DNA of 64,000 bases from an uncultured Chloroflexia bacterium (GCA_963724295.1 CAVRUC010000009.1:64001-128000), one strand, 5' to 3'. Shown: positions 39,854-49,072, counted from the first letter of the stretch. A program made the numbers and translations. The notes: generated by a model from the sequence alone, not told the origin.

Positions 39854-39910
39854 GGAACGAATCGATCCGTTCCATTATATCAGAACGGAACACTTCGTTC
39901 CATGTATACT
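39854..39910. promoter_or_regulatory. Divergent promoter region with twin TetR operators
   Basis: GGAACG-N8-CGTTCC (39854-39873) and AGAACG-N8-CGTTCC (39882-39901). Minus-strand TATAAT lies between them (39874-39879). Plus-strand TATACT (39905-39910) is 7 nt before the tetR ATG. Confidence 0.75.
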
Positions 39911-39917
39911 GTGGAGC

Positions 39918-40556
39918 ATGGATGCAGATACGACTGTGCGATTACCCGGCCGGCGGTCCGAGGCGGCGCGGAACGATCGCCGAATTCTGGAAGCCGCACG
40001 AGAGGTCTTCACCGCCGACCCAAACGCACCGATCTCCGCCGTCGCGGAGCGTGCCGGAGTCGGCATCAGCGCGCTCTACCGACGCTACCGGAGCAAGGAA
40101 GAACTCCTACAGCAGCTCAGCCTGGATGGTCTCCGACGGTACATCGCCGAGGTAGAGGCCGCGTTGGCCGACGATGGCGATCCCTGGGAATCGTTCGCGG
40201 CCTTCATGCGTCGCGCCGTCGAGGCGGATTCGAACTCCGTTACGCTGCACCTGGCCGGCACGTTCACGCCCATCGAGGCCCACTGGCATGACGGTGAAAA
40301 GGCTTCCCAGCTCAACACGCGCCTCCTGGACCGCGCCAAGGAGGCAGGCGTCCTGCGCCAGGAGATTACCGTCGGCGATCTGTCGCTGATGTTCGAGCAG
40401 TTGGCAGCCGTCAAGGTCGACGATCCGCAACGCACCAAGCAGCTCCGGCAGCGGTACCTGGCGCTCCTGCTTGACGCCTTGCGCGATACCGCTGCCGCAC
40501 CTCTACCAGGACCGCCGCCCAGTTGGGAGGAGATCAGGCGGCGCTGGGAGAGCTAG
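39918..40556 (+). CDS. TetR/AcrR family transcriptional regulator
   Basis: RNDRRILEAAREVF..ISAVAERAGVGISALYRRYRSKEEL HTH. Confidence 0.93.
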   Translation: MDADTTVRLPGRRSEAARNDRRILEAAREVFTADPNAPISAVAERAGVGISALYRRYRSKEELLQQLSLDGLRRYIAEVEAALADDGDPWESFAAFMRRAVEADSNSVTLHLAGTFTPIEAHWHDGEKASQLNTRLLDRAKEAGVLRQEITVGDLSLMFEQLAAVKVDDPQRTKQLRQRYLALLLDALRDTAAAPLPGPPPSWEEIRRRWES

Positions 40557-40627
40557 CCAGCGAGGTCTCGGGCACCGCGCGGCGTCCGGCCGTTTCCACT
40601 CTCCGCATCGCGCCCTGAAGTCAATGC

Positions 40628-41609
40628 CTACTCTGCCGGGCGCGTCTGATAGCCCGCCAGGAAGGTCAGGATCAGCTTCGTCGCCAGCCTCGCCGTGATG
40701 TCGTGGAGATCGCGCGATGGATCGACCTCGACCAGGTCGAATCCCTTGACCCGCGGGTCGGACCCGAGTCGAAACAGCGCGTCGTAGGCCTGCCAGGGGG
40801 TGATGCCGCCGGGGAGGGAGGCGCCGGTACCGGGCGCATAGGCCTGATCGAAGCAGTCGACGTCGAACGTAACGTAGATCGCATCGACGTCACGCCCGGC
40901 GATGGCGATCGCCTCCTCGATGAGCGGCGCCATTCCTTGGACTGCCACGTCACGCGCGGTGAAGATCGTTACCCCCTGGTCCCGCCCCCAGCGCGCATGC
41001 CACTCGGCCTGAACGAACCCGGAAATGCCGATCTGAACCAGGTTCCGCGGATCGACGATGCCCTCTTCGAGGATCGTGCGAATCGGCGTTCCATTGTGCG
41101 GGTCCATGCTCCGCGGTCTGGAAGTCCATGTGAGCATCGAACTGAATCAGCCCAATCCGCTCGTACCCCCGGCTCGCCTTGAATGCCCGCAGCAGCGGAT
41201 GGGCAAGCGAGTGCTCGCCGCCGATCGTGATCGGGAAGAACTCGCGGTTCCGCGTCAACAGGGCGGTCGCGGCCGTCTCGATGGCGCGATGCGCCTCCGG
41301 CACGTCGAGCAGGGAAATCTCGACGTCGCCGAGGTCGCGCACGCGCAGATCGACCAGGTCCACGTCGTAGTCGATGCTGTAGGTCGTGAAGAACGGCCAG
41401 ACCATTCGCAGCGCGTTGGGTCCCAGGTGGGCCGCTACGTGTTTGATCGCCCCGCGGGCGATCGGTACCATGAGCAAGCCGACGTCGAATGGCTCCTCGC
41501 CATCCCAGGGCACGATCCAGTTCGCCACCCGCGTCTCGTGGGCATCCTGCCACGGTGATCGCCGCACCAGCTCCGGTGGCCGCAGATAAGGAAGCCCCGT
41601 CACCGTCAC
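40628..41609 (-). pseudogene. Ureohydrolase, HutG-like (second paralog), one frameshift near 41101
   Basis: PWDGEEP, GGEHS, DAHMD in one frame; HNGTPIR, TFDVD, DLVEVDP in the other. Removing one C joins them. Confidence 0.85.
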
Positions 41610-41663
41610 GTGTGCTGTCTCCTTGCCCCGTGCTTTTCGCCGCGGCGATATGAGCCAGACGCC

Positions 41664-42677
41664 CTACTCGGGAACCGCTACCCGTTCGCCGCCGCGTTCC
41701 AGCGAATCGCGCGCGGCAAGGGAGACGGCCAGCGCTTGCAGGGCGTCGGCCGGGGTAGCGCGGTCCGCAGTGTTCCCGCGGCGAATGGCGTCGACGAAGT
41801 AGTCGCATTCAGCCGCATAGGGATCGACCTGGGCTGGGCTCAACCGCAGAGGATCTCCCTCATTCGGGTAAAGGGTTAGCTCGTTGACTCCTCCTCCCAT
41901 CTCGACGCTGCGGCCGCCAGCGCGGAACGCATACTCCATGGCGCCCTCCTCGCAGAGTACTTCGAGTCGTGAGGAAAAGGGGTACGATTCCGGCATCATC
42001 ATGCCGCCGTCCACGAGCGCGGAAGCGCCGTCGGCGTAGTCAATCAGCACCTGCACCTGGTCGAACCCACCGGAACGCTCGTTGCGCATGCCACGAGCGG
42101 TGACGGCTTGCGGTGCACCGAAAATCCAGTTCAATGCGTCATAGTCGTGGATCATCATGTCAATGACCGCTCCTCCTGTAAGATCGGAGCGGCTGAACAA
42201 CGCTGACCACGCCGGGAAGGGTTGCCTGCGCGAGGCGAATCCGGAGCGGGGCCGCCCTAACTCGCCGTTCGCCACCCGCCTGGCAATTTCGACATATTCC
42301 GGCCAGAAGCGCAGGACGTGCGCGATCATGAAGACGCGGTCGGTCGCCTCGTTGGCCCGAACGAGCGCTTGAGCATCTTCCAGTGAGAGGGCGATCGGCT
42401 TCTCGAGCAGGACGTGCTTGCCAGCGGCGAGCGCGGCCTCGGTGACCTCCCGGTGTTGTGGAGTGGGCAGACAGATATCGACTGCCTCGATGCCAGGGTC
42501 TGTCAGCAGCTCCTGCAAATCGTCCGTCCAGCGCGAACCGATCTCACGCGCCAGCGGATCACCACGATCGGGACTCGGAGCGTAGACAGCCGCCACCGCG
42601 ACCTCGGGCATCGCGGCGTACGCTTTGGCGTGCGTGCTCCCCATGAACCCGGCCCCCAACACCGCGACTTGGACCAT
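41664..42677 (-). CDS. Gfo/Idh/MocA family oxidoreductase
   Basis: GAGFMG, CLPT..H, LEKP, AHVLRFWPEY, GGAVIDMMIHD. Confidence 0.92.
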   Translation of the reverse strand: MVQVAVLGAGFMGSTHAKAYAAMPEVAVAAVYAPSPDRGDPLAREIGSRWTDDLQELLTDPGIEAVDICLPTPQHREVTEAALAAGKHVLLEKPIALSLEDAQALVRANEATDRVFMIAHVLRFWPEYVEIARRVANGELGRPRSGFASRRQPFPAWSALFSRSDLTGGAVIDMMIHDYDALNWIFGAPQAVTARGMRNERSGGFDQVQVLIDYADGASALVDGGMMMPESYPFSSRLEVLCEEGAMEYAFRAGGRSVEMGGGVNELTLYPNEGDPLRLSPAQVDPYAAECDYFVDAIRRGNTADRATPADALQALAVSLAARDSLERGGERVAVPE

Positions 42678-42737
42678 TACCCTGTCTCCCACGTGGCTAA
42701 CGGGTGTCGACTCTTGGTTATCCGCTTATTCTCGTTC

Positions 42738-42799
42738 TTGCCGTCTTGCCGTCTTGCCGTCTTGCCGTCTTGCCGTCTTGCCGTCTTGCCGTCTTGCCG
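42738..42799 (-). repeat. Tandem octamer (GACGGCAA) x7.75 (family B)
   Basis: (ttgccgtc)7 plus ttgccg on the plus strand, abutting the stop at 42800. Confidence 0.92.
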
Positions 42800-43618
42800 C
42801 TATTCCGGGACGAACTGCCGGACATAGCGAAACGACTCCGCCATGGCGCGATCGACCTCTGTCAGCGGGGGCCAGGGTTCGCCCTGGAACTCGATCTCGA
42901 TCGAGCAGGGACCGTCGAATCCGGCATCGTCCAGCACCTTGAAGAGAGCGGCAAAATCGACCTCGCCGGTGCCAACCTGCGGGAAGTTCCAGACACCGAC
43001 GCCGCCGATCTGGTCCTTCACGTGCATGTGGGTGACCTTGTCGACCGAGCGAGGAAGATCAGCTTCCGGCCGCGTGTCCCCGTAGTGGATGACATTGCCC
43101 GGGTCGTAATTGATGCCGATGTTCGGCCGGCCGATGTCGGCGATGAGGGCCTTGGAGATCTCACCGGTCGCCAGGAGACCACCGTGGGTCTCCAGGCAGA
43201 TGTCGATGCCATCCTGGGCCGCTTCGTCGGCAAGCGGACCGATGCGCTGCAGGAACGCCGCGCGCTGATCCTCGAGACTGCCGCTCGAAGTGTCGGCGTG
43301 CCCGCCGGTGGACGTCGTGATCTTGGTGATCCCCAGCTTGCGAGCGATATCGAGCGCTTTACGGAACTCCGTCACCCCTTCGTCGCTGACGAGGTCTGAG
43401 TGTCCGGAGAGACTAACCGCCGTCAACCCGTACCGGGCCAGCAAGTCCTTCACTCGCTGAATCTCGGCGTCGTCGGCATCGCGGCTGACGTGCTCCGTCC
43501 AGCCGGGAACGCTGGTCAGCTCGACCGACCGGAACCCGGCGCGGGAGATCCCGTCCAGCGCCTCCTCGAGGCTGTACGAGTGGTACGTGTTCGTCGACGC
43601 GGCGAGACGATCGGCCAT
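42800..43618 (-). CDS. Sugar phosphate isomerase/epimerase (xylose isomerase-like TIM barrel)
   Basis: CLETHG, NYDPGN, HMHVKD, GTGEVDF, SIEIE metal motifs. Confidence 0.9.
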   Translation of the reverse strand: MADRLAASTNTYHSYSLEEALDGISRAGFRSVELTSVPGWTEHVSRDADDAEIQRVKDLLARYGLTAVSLSGHSDLVSDEGVTEFRKALDIARKLGITKITTSTGGHADTSSGSLEDQRAAFLQRIGPLADEAAQDGIDICLETHGGLLATGEISKALIADIGRPNIGINYDPGNVIHYGDTRPEADLPRSVDKVTHMHVKDQIGGVGVWNFPQVGTGEVDFAALFKVLDDAGFDGPCSIEIEFQGEPWPPLTEVDRAMAESFRYVRQFVPE

Positions 43619-43660
43619 GGGTCTCCTCCATCAGCGACTTTTCCGGCAAACGGGCGATCC

Positions 43661-44026
43661 TCAGTCTTTGAACCACTGTCTTCCTGGTTTGAATTGCATG
43701 TACTCGTAGATAACGCCATCTTCGCGGGTAAAGGCGACTTTGGCGAAGGGTGGGTCGCCGACTTCAAACAGAAGGCAGACGTCTTTACCCGCAATGTGCT
43801 CGTTGAGGTCATCGACCGCGTAGGCGACATGAGGCGAGCTCTTGAAGTCCTCAGGCAAATGCGAATCTGGCTCGTAGCGCAACCATTCGATCTTGTTTGG
43901 ATGTGAGCGGGGATCGGTCACCCAGACTTTCGTCAATGGGACAAAATCTTCCTCCGGCTGCGGATCGAAAGCGCGCAAGCCAACGTGATGGAACCGCTTT
44001 TCGGGGCGCGGCTCGATGATCATCAA
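43661..44026 (-). CDS. VOC/glyoxalase-like protein
   Basis: FHHVG, IEW, HVAYAVDDL and YEY pattern of VOC metal ligands. Confidence 0.7.
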   Translation of the reverse strand: MMIIEPRPEKRFHHVGLRAFDPQPEEDFVPLTKVWVTDPRSHPNKIEWLRYEPDSHLPEDFKSSPHVAYAVDDLNEHIAGKDVCLLFEVGDPPFAKVAFTREDGVIYEYMQFKPGRQWFKD

Positions 44027-44055
44027 TTCACCTCAGGTGCTAGAACAGTCCGAGC

Positions 44056-44087
44056 ACTGGCCGCGGGCAGTGATGCCCGCGGCCAGT
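44056..44087 (-). terminator. 14-bp stem-loop after SBP gene
   Basis: actggccgcgggca-gtga-tgcccgcggccagt. Confidence 0.65.
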
Positions 44088-44103
44088 CAGCGTCTCAAGT
44101 CAG

Positions 44104-45267
44104 CTACGCGCCCGCGCTTTCCGGTGGCGTCAGCGAGGCGAAGTCCTCGCTCAGCTCGAAGGCGAGGGCCTCCTCTTTGACCGCGTCGTGGTCGAAGTCG
44201 TTGTAGGCGGCTACCCAGTCGTTGCTGACCACGTCGGCGGCTGTCAGCTCCTTCGTAAGTTGCTCAATATCAAAGGTCGTCTTGAGGAAGAGATCCCAGT
44301 CCGCCTCATTGTGCCAGCCCCAGCCCTCGCGCTCGTCCCAATTGCCGCGGAAGACGTCGGCGAGTTGTCCCAGTGATTCAACGGCGATCTGCTTGTCCTC
44401 GAAGACCTCATTCAACGCGGGGAGAGCTTCGAAGGCAATTTGGGTCGCCGCAAGCGGGTTGTGGTACCCAAACTCCAGACCCTGCGCCCAGCCGCGGAAA
44501 TAGCGGCCGTAGATGTCGGCGAGGGCCTCGTCCTCGAAGTCGGAGCGCCGAATGACGTAGGAGTTGGCCGGGAACTTCGACCAGTCCTTGCCCAGGATGT
44601 AGTCGAAGTCGAGACCGATAGCAGCCCACTGGGCGCGCAATCCCTCCCAGCAGAGCGCGGAGTCTGCCTGACCTTGCGCCAGGGTCTGGCCCCACTGCGG
44701 ACCGGCGTCAACATAGTTCACTTTGGTCGGGTCTCCACCGGCCTGCGCGATCTCGGGGTTGACGATGCCCTGCCACCCGGCCGACCCGAGGGCAATGGTC
44801 TTCCCTTCCAGGTCCTTGACGCTCGCAAGCGCCTCCCCCTTCCGGAAGGCGAAATCGAAGACGTCGTATGAGCACATCTCGAAGACCGAGATAAGCGGGC
44901 TACCCTGCTCAATCATCAGGGTGAAGACGCCTGGTGACGGGTAGGCGACGTCCGCCTGTCCGGTGTCGACCGCCTTGGTGCCAGCTGTGGCTTCGATCGG
45001 GCCTGGTTCCAGGGTGGTCTGGATATCGCCGAAGTAGCCCATCTTGATAGCGACGTGGTACGCGTAGTCGTCGAGGACATCAATCGTGCCGCGCGGCGAC
45101 ACCCAGCGAATCGAGTTCTCGGCCGGCTGCGCGACCACGATGCTGCTTCGCTCGAGCGCCTGTAACGCGACGCCACTGATGCCGAGCGCCGCCGCACCCT
45201 TGACGAGACCGCGGCGGCTGATGCTGCCGGCGGCGAAGCGCTCGATGAGCGTATCCAGCTGATGCAT
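44104..45267 (-). CDS. NitT/TauT (NMT1/THI5-like) ABC substrate-binding protein with Tat signal
   Basis: SISRRGLVK Tat; VAIKMGYF, SVKDLEGKTIA, GQADSAL; RBS aggagg. Confidence 0.88.
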   Translation of the reverse strand: MHQLDTLIERFAAGSISRRGLVKGAAALGISGVALQALERSSIVVAQPAENSIRWVSPRGTIDVLDDYAYHVAIKMGYFGDIQTTLEPGPIEATAGTKAVDTGQADVAYPSPGVFTLMIEQGSPLISVFEMCSYDVFDFAFRKGEALASVKDLEGKTIALGSAGWQGIVNPEIAQAGGDPTKVNYVDAGPQWGQTLAQGQADSALCWEGLRAQWAAIGLDFDYILGKDWSKFPANSYVIRRSDFEDEALADIYGRYFRGWAQGLEFGYHNPLAATQIAFEALPALNEVFEDKQIAVESLGQLADVFRGNWDEREGWGWHNEADWDLFLKTTFDIEQLTKELTAADVVSNDWVAAYNDFDHDAVKEEALAFELSEDFASLTPPESAGA

Positions 45268-45440
45268 GGGTTTCAGTCCTCCTAATTTCCTGGCTGCGGC
45301 GCGCGAACCCGGCGCCGTCGATACCGGATCTTCCAGTCGATCCCCGTGGCCAGGCTACGTCGCCGGCCCGAGTCAGGAAGCAGTGCACTCCTGTCTCTGT
45401 CTGGTTCGGTACGCGCGGGGTGCGTGCCCTCCTTTCACGG

Positions 45441-45516
45441 AGTCGGTCAGTCGGTGAGTCGGTAAGTCGGTAAGAAGAAACTTTCTTGCCGACCGGCCGA
45501 CTTCCGACTCCCGACT
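45441..45516. repeat. Octamer-built palindromic element (AGTCGGTN)4 ... (CCGACY)4 (family C)
   Basis: agtcggtc agtcggtg agtcggta agtcggta / ccgacc ccgact ccgact ccgact. Confidence 0.8.
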
Positions 45517-45520
45517 TCGT

Positions 45521-46378
45521 TCACGCCTGCCAACCGGCCCACTTCTTGCCGATCCAGTAGAAGATGACGTAGATGGAGACGCCCATCAGCGCCAGGAGCA
45601 GGATGATCGCATAGAAGTTTTCCATCTTGACCATCGACGACCAGAACATGAGCTGGTTGCCGAGCCCGTTCTTGCCGCCAACCATCTCGGCGCCGACGGC
45701 AGTCAACATGCCGAAGATCGCGCCGACCATCAGCCCGACGATGATCATCGGCAAGGCGAGAGGGAAGCGGATCTTGGTGAAGATCTGGAACGTCGATGCC
45801 CCATACGACCGGGCTAGTGCGATCTTCGCCAGGTCAGTGCGACGGAACCCGGTGGCGGCGTTGATCATCACCATCGGCCCGGAGGCCAGCGCCACCGCGA
45901 TGATGCGCGGCGTCAAGGTGAACCCGAAGACCAGGATCAGGAGCGGCACCAGCGCGATCATGGGCGTGGTCACCAGGAGCAGGATGTATGGGGTGATGAT
46001 CTTTTCCATCAGCGGGACCTGAGTGATCACCGCGGCGAGGATGAGTCCAATGCTGGCGCCGATGGCAAAGCCGCTCAGCAATTCGATCAACGTAATCTGC
46101 ATGTGTGGCCAGAAGAGATCGGGAAAGCGGGTAAAGAGCGTCGTGGCAATGGCGCTAGGTGGCGGAAAGATGTAGCTCTGAATGTTGAAAAAGCTCACCG
46201 CGAGTTCCGCGCCGACGATGAGCACCACCGCCACCAGTAGGATCAGCCCGACCTCACCCCAGTTGCGCGCGAAGCCCTGGCTGGTCAGTGCCGACCAGTT
46301 CGTGAGACTGACCTCGCCGTCGCCCTGGGCCTCAGCCTGATTGAATGTTGGAATCGTTTCCCGTAGTTCACTCGCCAT
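45521..46378 (-). CDS. NitT/TauT ABC permease
   Basis: IFPPPS, PMIALVPL, LARSYGAS..KIRFPLALP, VGAEM. Confidence 0.92.
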   Translation of the reverse strand: MASELRETIPTFNQAEAQGDGEVSLTNWSALTSQGFARNWGEVGLILLVAVVLIVGAELAVSFFNIQSYIFPPPSAIATTLFTRFPDLFWPHMQITLIELLSGFAIGASIGLILAAVITQVPLMEKIITPYILLLVTTPMIALVPLLILVFGFTLTPRIIAVALASGPMVMINAATGFRRTDLAKIALARSYGASTFQIFTKIRFPLALPMIIVGLMVGAIFGMLTAVGAEMVGGKNGLGNQLMFWSSMVKMENFYAIILLLALMGVSIYVIFYWIGKKWAGWQA

Positions 46379-46429
46379 CGTCGGTCTCCTGCCGCACGTA
46401 TCGCGTGATGAAGGTTGCCTGCCGCGCGG

Positions 46430-47302
46430 CTAGCCCAGATGCAGGACGTCCGCCATCGCCGCCGTATTGCCGTGGGCCCCTCGCTCGATCGTCGCCTTGA
46501 CCTTCAGGATCATCTCGATGAACTCCGGGGAGAACGTCATGTCGATCGTGCGAGGCCGCGGCAAGTTGACCGGAAAGACGTGCGCCAGGCGGCCCGGCCG
46601 GGGCGTGAGCACGACGACCCGGTCGGCCAGGAAGATCGCCTCGGATACGTTGTGCGTGACGAAGACGATCGTCTTACCGGTCTCCATCCAGATCTTCTGG
46701 ATGAGGAGGTTCATCTCGTCGCGGGTGAAGGCGTCGAGCGCGCCGAACGGCTCGTCCATGAGGATCACATCCGGGTCGTAGGAGAGGCAGCGCACGATGC
46801 TGGCGCGCTGCTGCATGCCGCCGGAAAGCTCGCGCGGCATCTTCTTCTCGAACCCGGCCAGACCGACATCGTCCAGCAGTCGCTTGACGCGACCTTCGTA
46901 TGGTTTGAAGTCGATCTTCTTGATCTCGAACGGGAACTGGATGTTCTGCCAGAGGTCGCGCCAGGGCAGCAGGTTGGCATCCTGGAAGATCATGCCGATC
47001 TCGGGCCGGGGTCCGGTGACCGGTGTGCCGTTGATCAGAACCTGCCCACCCGTCAGGTCATGCAACCCGGACATCCCCCACAAGAGCGTGCTCTTGCCGC
47101 ACCCGGATGGGCCGAGAATGCAGATGAACTCGCCCTGCGGGATCTCGAGCGAGAGGTCCTCCAGGGCGTGCACCGTACCGGTACCAGTCTTGTAATGCTT
47201 GGTGACGTGCTGGACCGACATCATGATCGGTCGCTCGCCGGGGACCCCAGCGGTCCCGGCGCCGTTTCCGCTCGCGATCAGCTGGGGTTTCGTGTCGACC
47301 AT
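46430..47302 (-). CDS. NitT/TauT ABC ATP-binding protein
   Basis: GPSGCGKS, FQDANLLPW, LSGGMQQR, DEPFGALDAFTR, VTHN, RPGR. Confidence 0.95.
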   Translation of the reverse strand: MVDTKPQLIASGNGAGTAGVPGERPIMMSVQHVTKHYKTGTGTVHALEDLSLEIPQGEFICILGPSGCGKSTLLWGMSGLHDLTGGQVLINGTPVTGPRPEIGMIFQDANLLPWRDLWQNIQFPFEIKKIDFKPYEGRVKRLLDDVGLAGFEKKMPRELSGGMQQRASIVRCLSYDPDVILMDEPFGALDAFTRDEMNLLIQKIWMETGKTIVFVTHNVSEAIFLADRVVVLTPRPGRLAHVFPVNLPRPRTIDMTFSPEFIEMILKVKATIERGAHGNTAAMADVLHLG

Positions 47303-47444
47303 TCCTGTTCTGAAGCCTCCCGCGTCCTGCCGTTTCCGAGAGGCTGCTGGTCACCTGCCGCGGGAAGGCACAGTTCGTTCCCCGCGGGGGCGCCGTCTCC
47401 GGTCACCGGGTCACGCTGTTGTCATAGGCATCATGTACCGAGAA

Positions 47445-47474
47445 AGTTTATGAAATCGTGCGAGACCGTGTCAA
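47445..47474 (-). promoter_or_regulatory. Sigma70-type promoter of the NitT/TauT operon
   Basis: TTGACA-N18-TAAACT on the minus strand. Confidence 0.5.
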
Positions 47475-47480
47475 CGCCAC

Positions 47481-47600
47481 GCCCCTCATCCCCGGCCCTT
47501 CTCTGCCCCTCCCCCTCGGAGCGGGGAGAAGGGAGCACTGCCGGCGACGGTGGTGAGCGCCCCTCTCCCAGCGCACTGGGAGAGGGGTTGGGGTGAGGGC
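47481..47600. repeat. REP-like composite palindrome (CCCTCTCCC/GGGAGAGGG type)
   Basis: gcccctcatcccc...ggggtgagggc ends; internal cccctctcccag..ctgggagagggg. Confidence 0.75.
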
Positions 47601-47611
47601 CGTCGTACGGG

Positions 47612-49072
47612 TTAGCCAGCAGGCGTGGGCGACGCCTCGACGTCCTCGATCGCCTCGGGCACGACCGTCTCGGCGATCGCTGCGTCGTCGTCGGCGGCTT
47701 CCGGTGTAGCCACGTCGCCCGTCTGGATCGCGACCGGCGCCATCAGTGCCAGCAGCGTCAACGTCTGGTCGTCCGGACGGCCAAGCGCGACAAGGTCGTA
47801 GGTCACGCCCTCCTCGAGCGTGGCATCGGATTGCAGCGCGACGGTCATGTCCTCCCCGCCTGGCCGTACCTCCAGCGCATAGTCCCCAGCATCAAGGACG
47901 ATGTAGTCGGTAGCCTCTCGGAACTCTACATCTTCGAACAGGTTCTCTTCGCTCCCCTCGATACCGACGTCGAACGCGTCAGCGTCAGGCGAGGCGTGAA
48001 TGACGCGCAGCCGCGCCTGCCCCTGAGCCAGGGGCCGCAGATCAGTGCCAGTGATCGTCGCCTCGAGGTCGTCGCCAGCGCCTGTGACCAGGATCTCGTA
48101 GGCCTGCCCGGGATCGAAATCGAGACCCGTATCGATGATCGCCTCTTCGACCGGGGTACCGGTGGCGGTGACGCGAACCCCTCGGTCGGCGCCGCTTGGC
48201 GCCAGGACGTACTCGGTGGCGGTACCGAACTCCAGGTTCTCAGCGATCTGAGCGTCGTTGAGGTAAACGTCGACTGGTGGCGCGTCGGGAGCGGTGTGGA
48301 CGAGGCGAACGCAGGCGTCACTGCTCGATCCCTCGAGTCCCAGGACCTCCCCGCACGACGGCGAGACGGTGGTCACCAGCGATTGCAGCTCGAGCGAATC
48401 GTCCGCAACCTGACCGAGGACGATGACGTCGTAAACGCGCGTCTCTTCGAACGGCAGCTCGCTGACTGTCAGCAGTACTCGGTCCTCCTCACCCCGCACG
48501 TCGGCGCTGTAGGTTCCTGGCGCGATGTCGCTGTAGTCCGAGGCATCGCCTAACTCAACATCGCCAAACCACTCGTCGCCACCGGTTTCGAGCAGATCGA
48601 CCGCACCGGCGTCGGGGGAGAAGTTGAGCAGGCGCACACGAGCATTGCCGGGTTCGATCTCACTCAGGTCGACATCGTAGATGTCGCCACCGATTTCGTT
48701 GAGCAAACCGAACACCGCCACCAAATAGGCCTGCCCCGGTGCCGCGTCGATCGTCTCGTCGACGACGGCGGCATCGGCCGTTTGCCCGGTGGGGACGATT
48801 TGCACCCGGTGCTCCTCGGCGGTCATGGTCGAGTAGCTGCTGGCCGTCCCATAGGCGACCCCTTGCAGCAGAGGCTGGCCATCGAGCAGAACGTCGACCT
48901 CCGGGGCACCGGGTGAAGCGTGGACAATGCGCAGGGTGGCATCGGCTTCGGCGGTCTCGTCTTGTGCCCTCACCGGGCTCGCCTGCAGTGGAATGAGGGC
49001 GGCGACGAGTGCCAGCGCGACGAGCATGGCGGCCACCACCCGTGCGGCGCTCCGTGAGAGAGGCTGCATCAT
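47612..49072 (-). CDS. Secreted tandem DUF4397-domain protein
   Basis: Signal peptide ..VRAQ; four repeats LRIVHASP / VRLLNFSP / VRLVHTAP / LRVIHASP. Confidence 0.88.
   Translation of the reverse strand: MMQPLSRSAARVVAAMLVALALVAALIPLQASPVRAQDETAEADATLRIVHASPGAPEVDVLLDGQPLLQGVAYGTASSYSTMTAEEHRVQIVPTGQTADAAVVDETIDAAPGQAYLVAVFGLLNEIGGDIYDVDLSEIEPGNARVRLLNFSPDAGAVDLLETGGDEWFGDVELGDASDYSDIAPGTYSADVRGEEDRVLLTVSELPFEETRVYDVIVLGQVADDSLELQSLVTTVSPSCGEVLGLEGSSSDACVRLVHTAPDAPPVDVYLNDAQIAENLEFGTATEYVLAPSGADRGVRVTATGTPVEEAIIDTGLDFDPGQAYEILVTGAGDDLEATITGTDLRPLAQGQARLRVIHASPDADAFDVGIEGSEENLFEDVEFREATDYIVLDAGDYALEVRPGGEDMTVALQSDATLEEGVTYDLVALGRPDDQTLTLLALMAPVAIQTGDVATPEAADDDAAIAETVVPEAIEDVEASPTPAG

Noticed and set aside
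35784..40556. AlkZ/epoxide hydrolase genes as self-resistance in a biosynthetic cluster
   Set aside because: No PKS, NRPS, terpene or RiPP core genes within about 35 kb on one side and 23 kb on the other.
42738..42799. Tandem repeats as a CRISPR array
   Set aside because: Units are 8-9 bp with no spacers, and there are no cas genes in the window.
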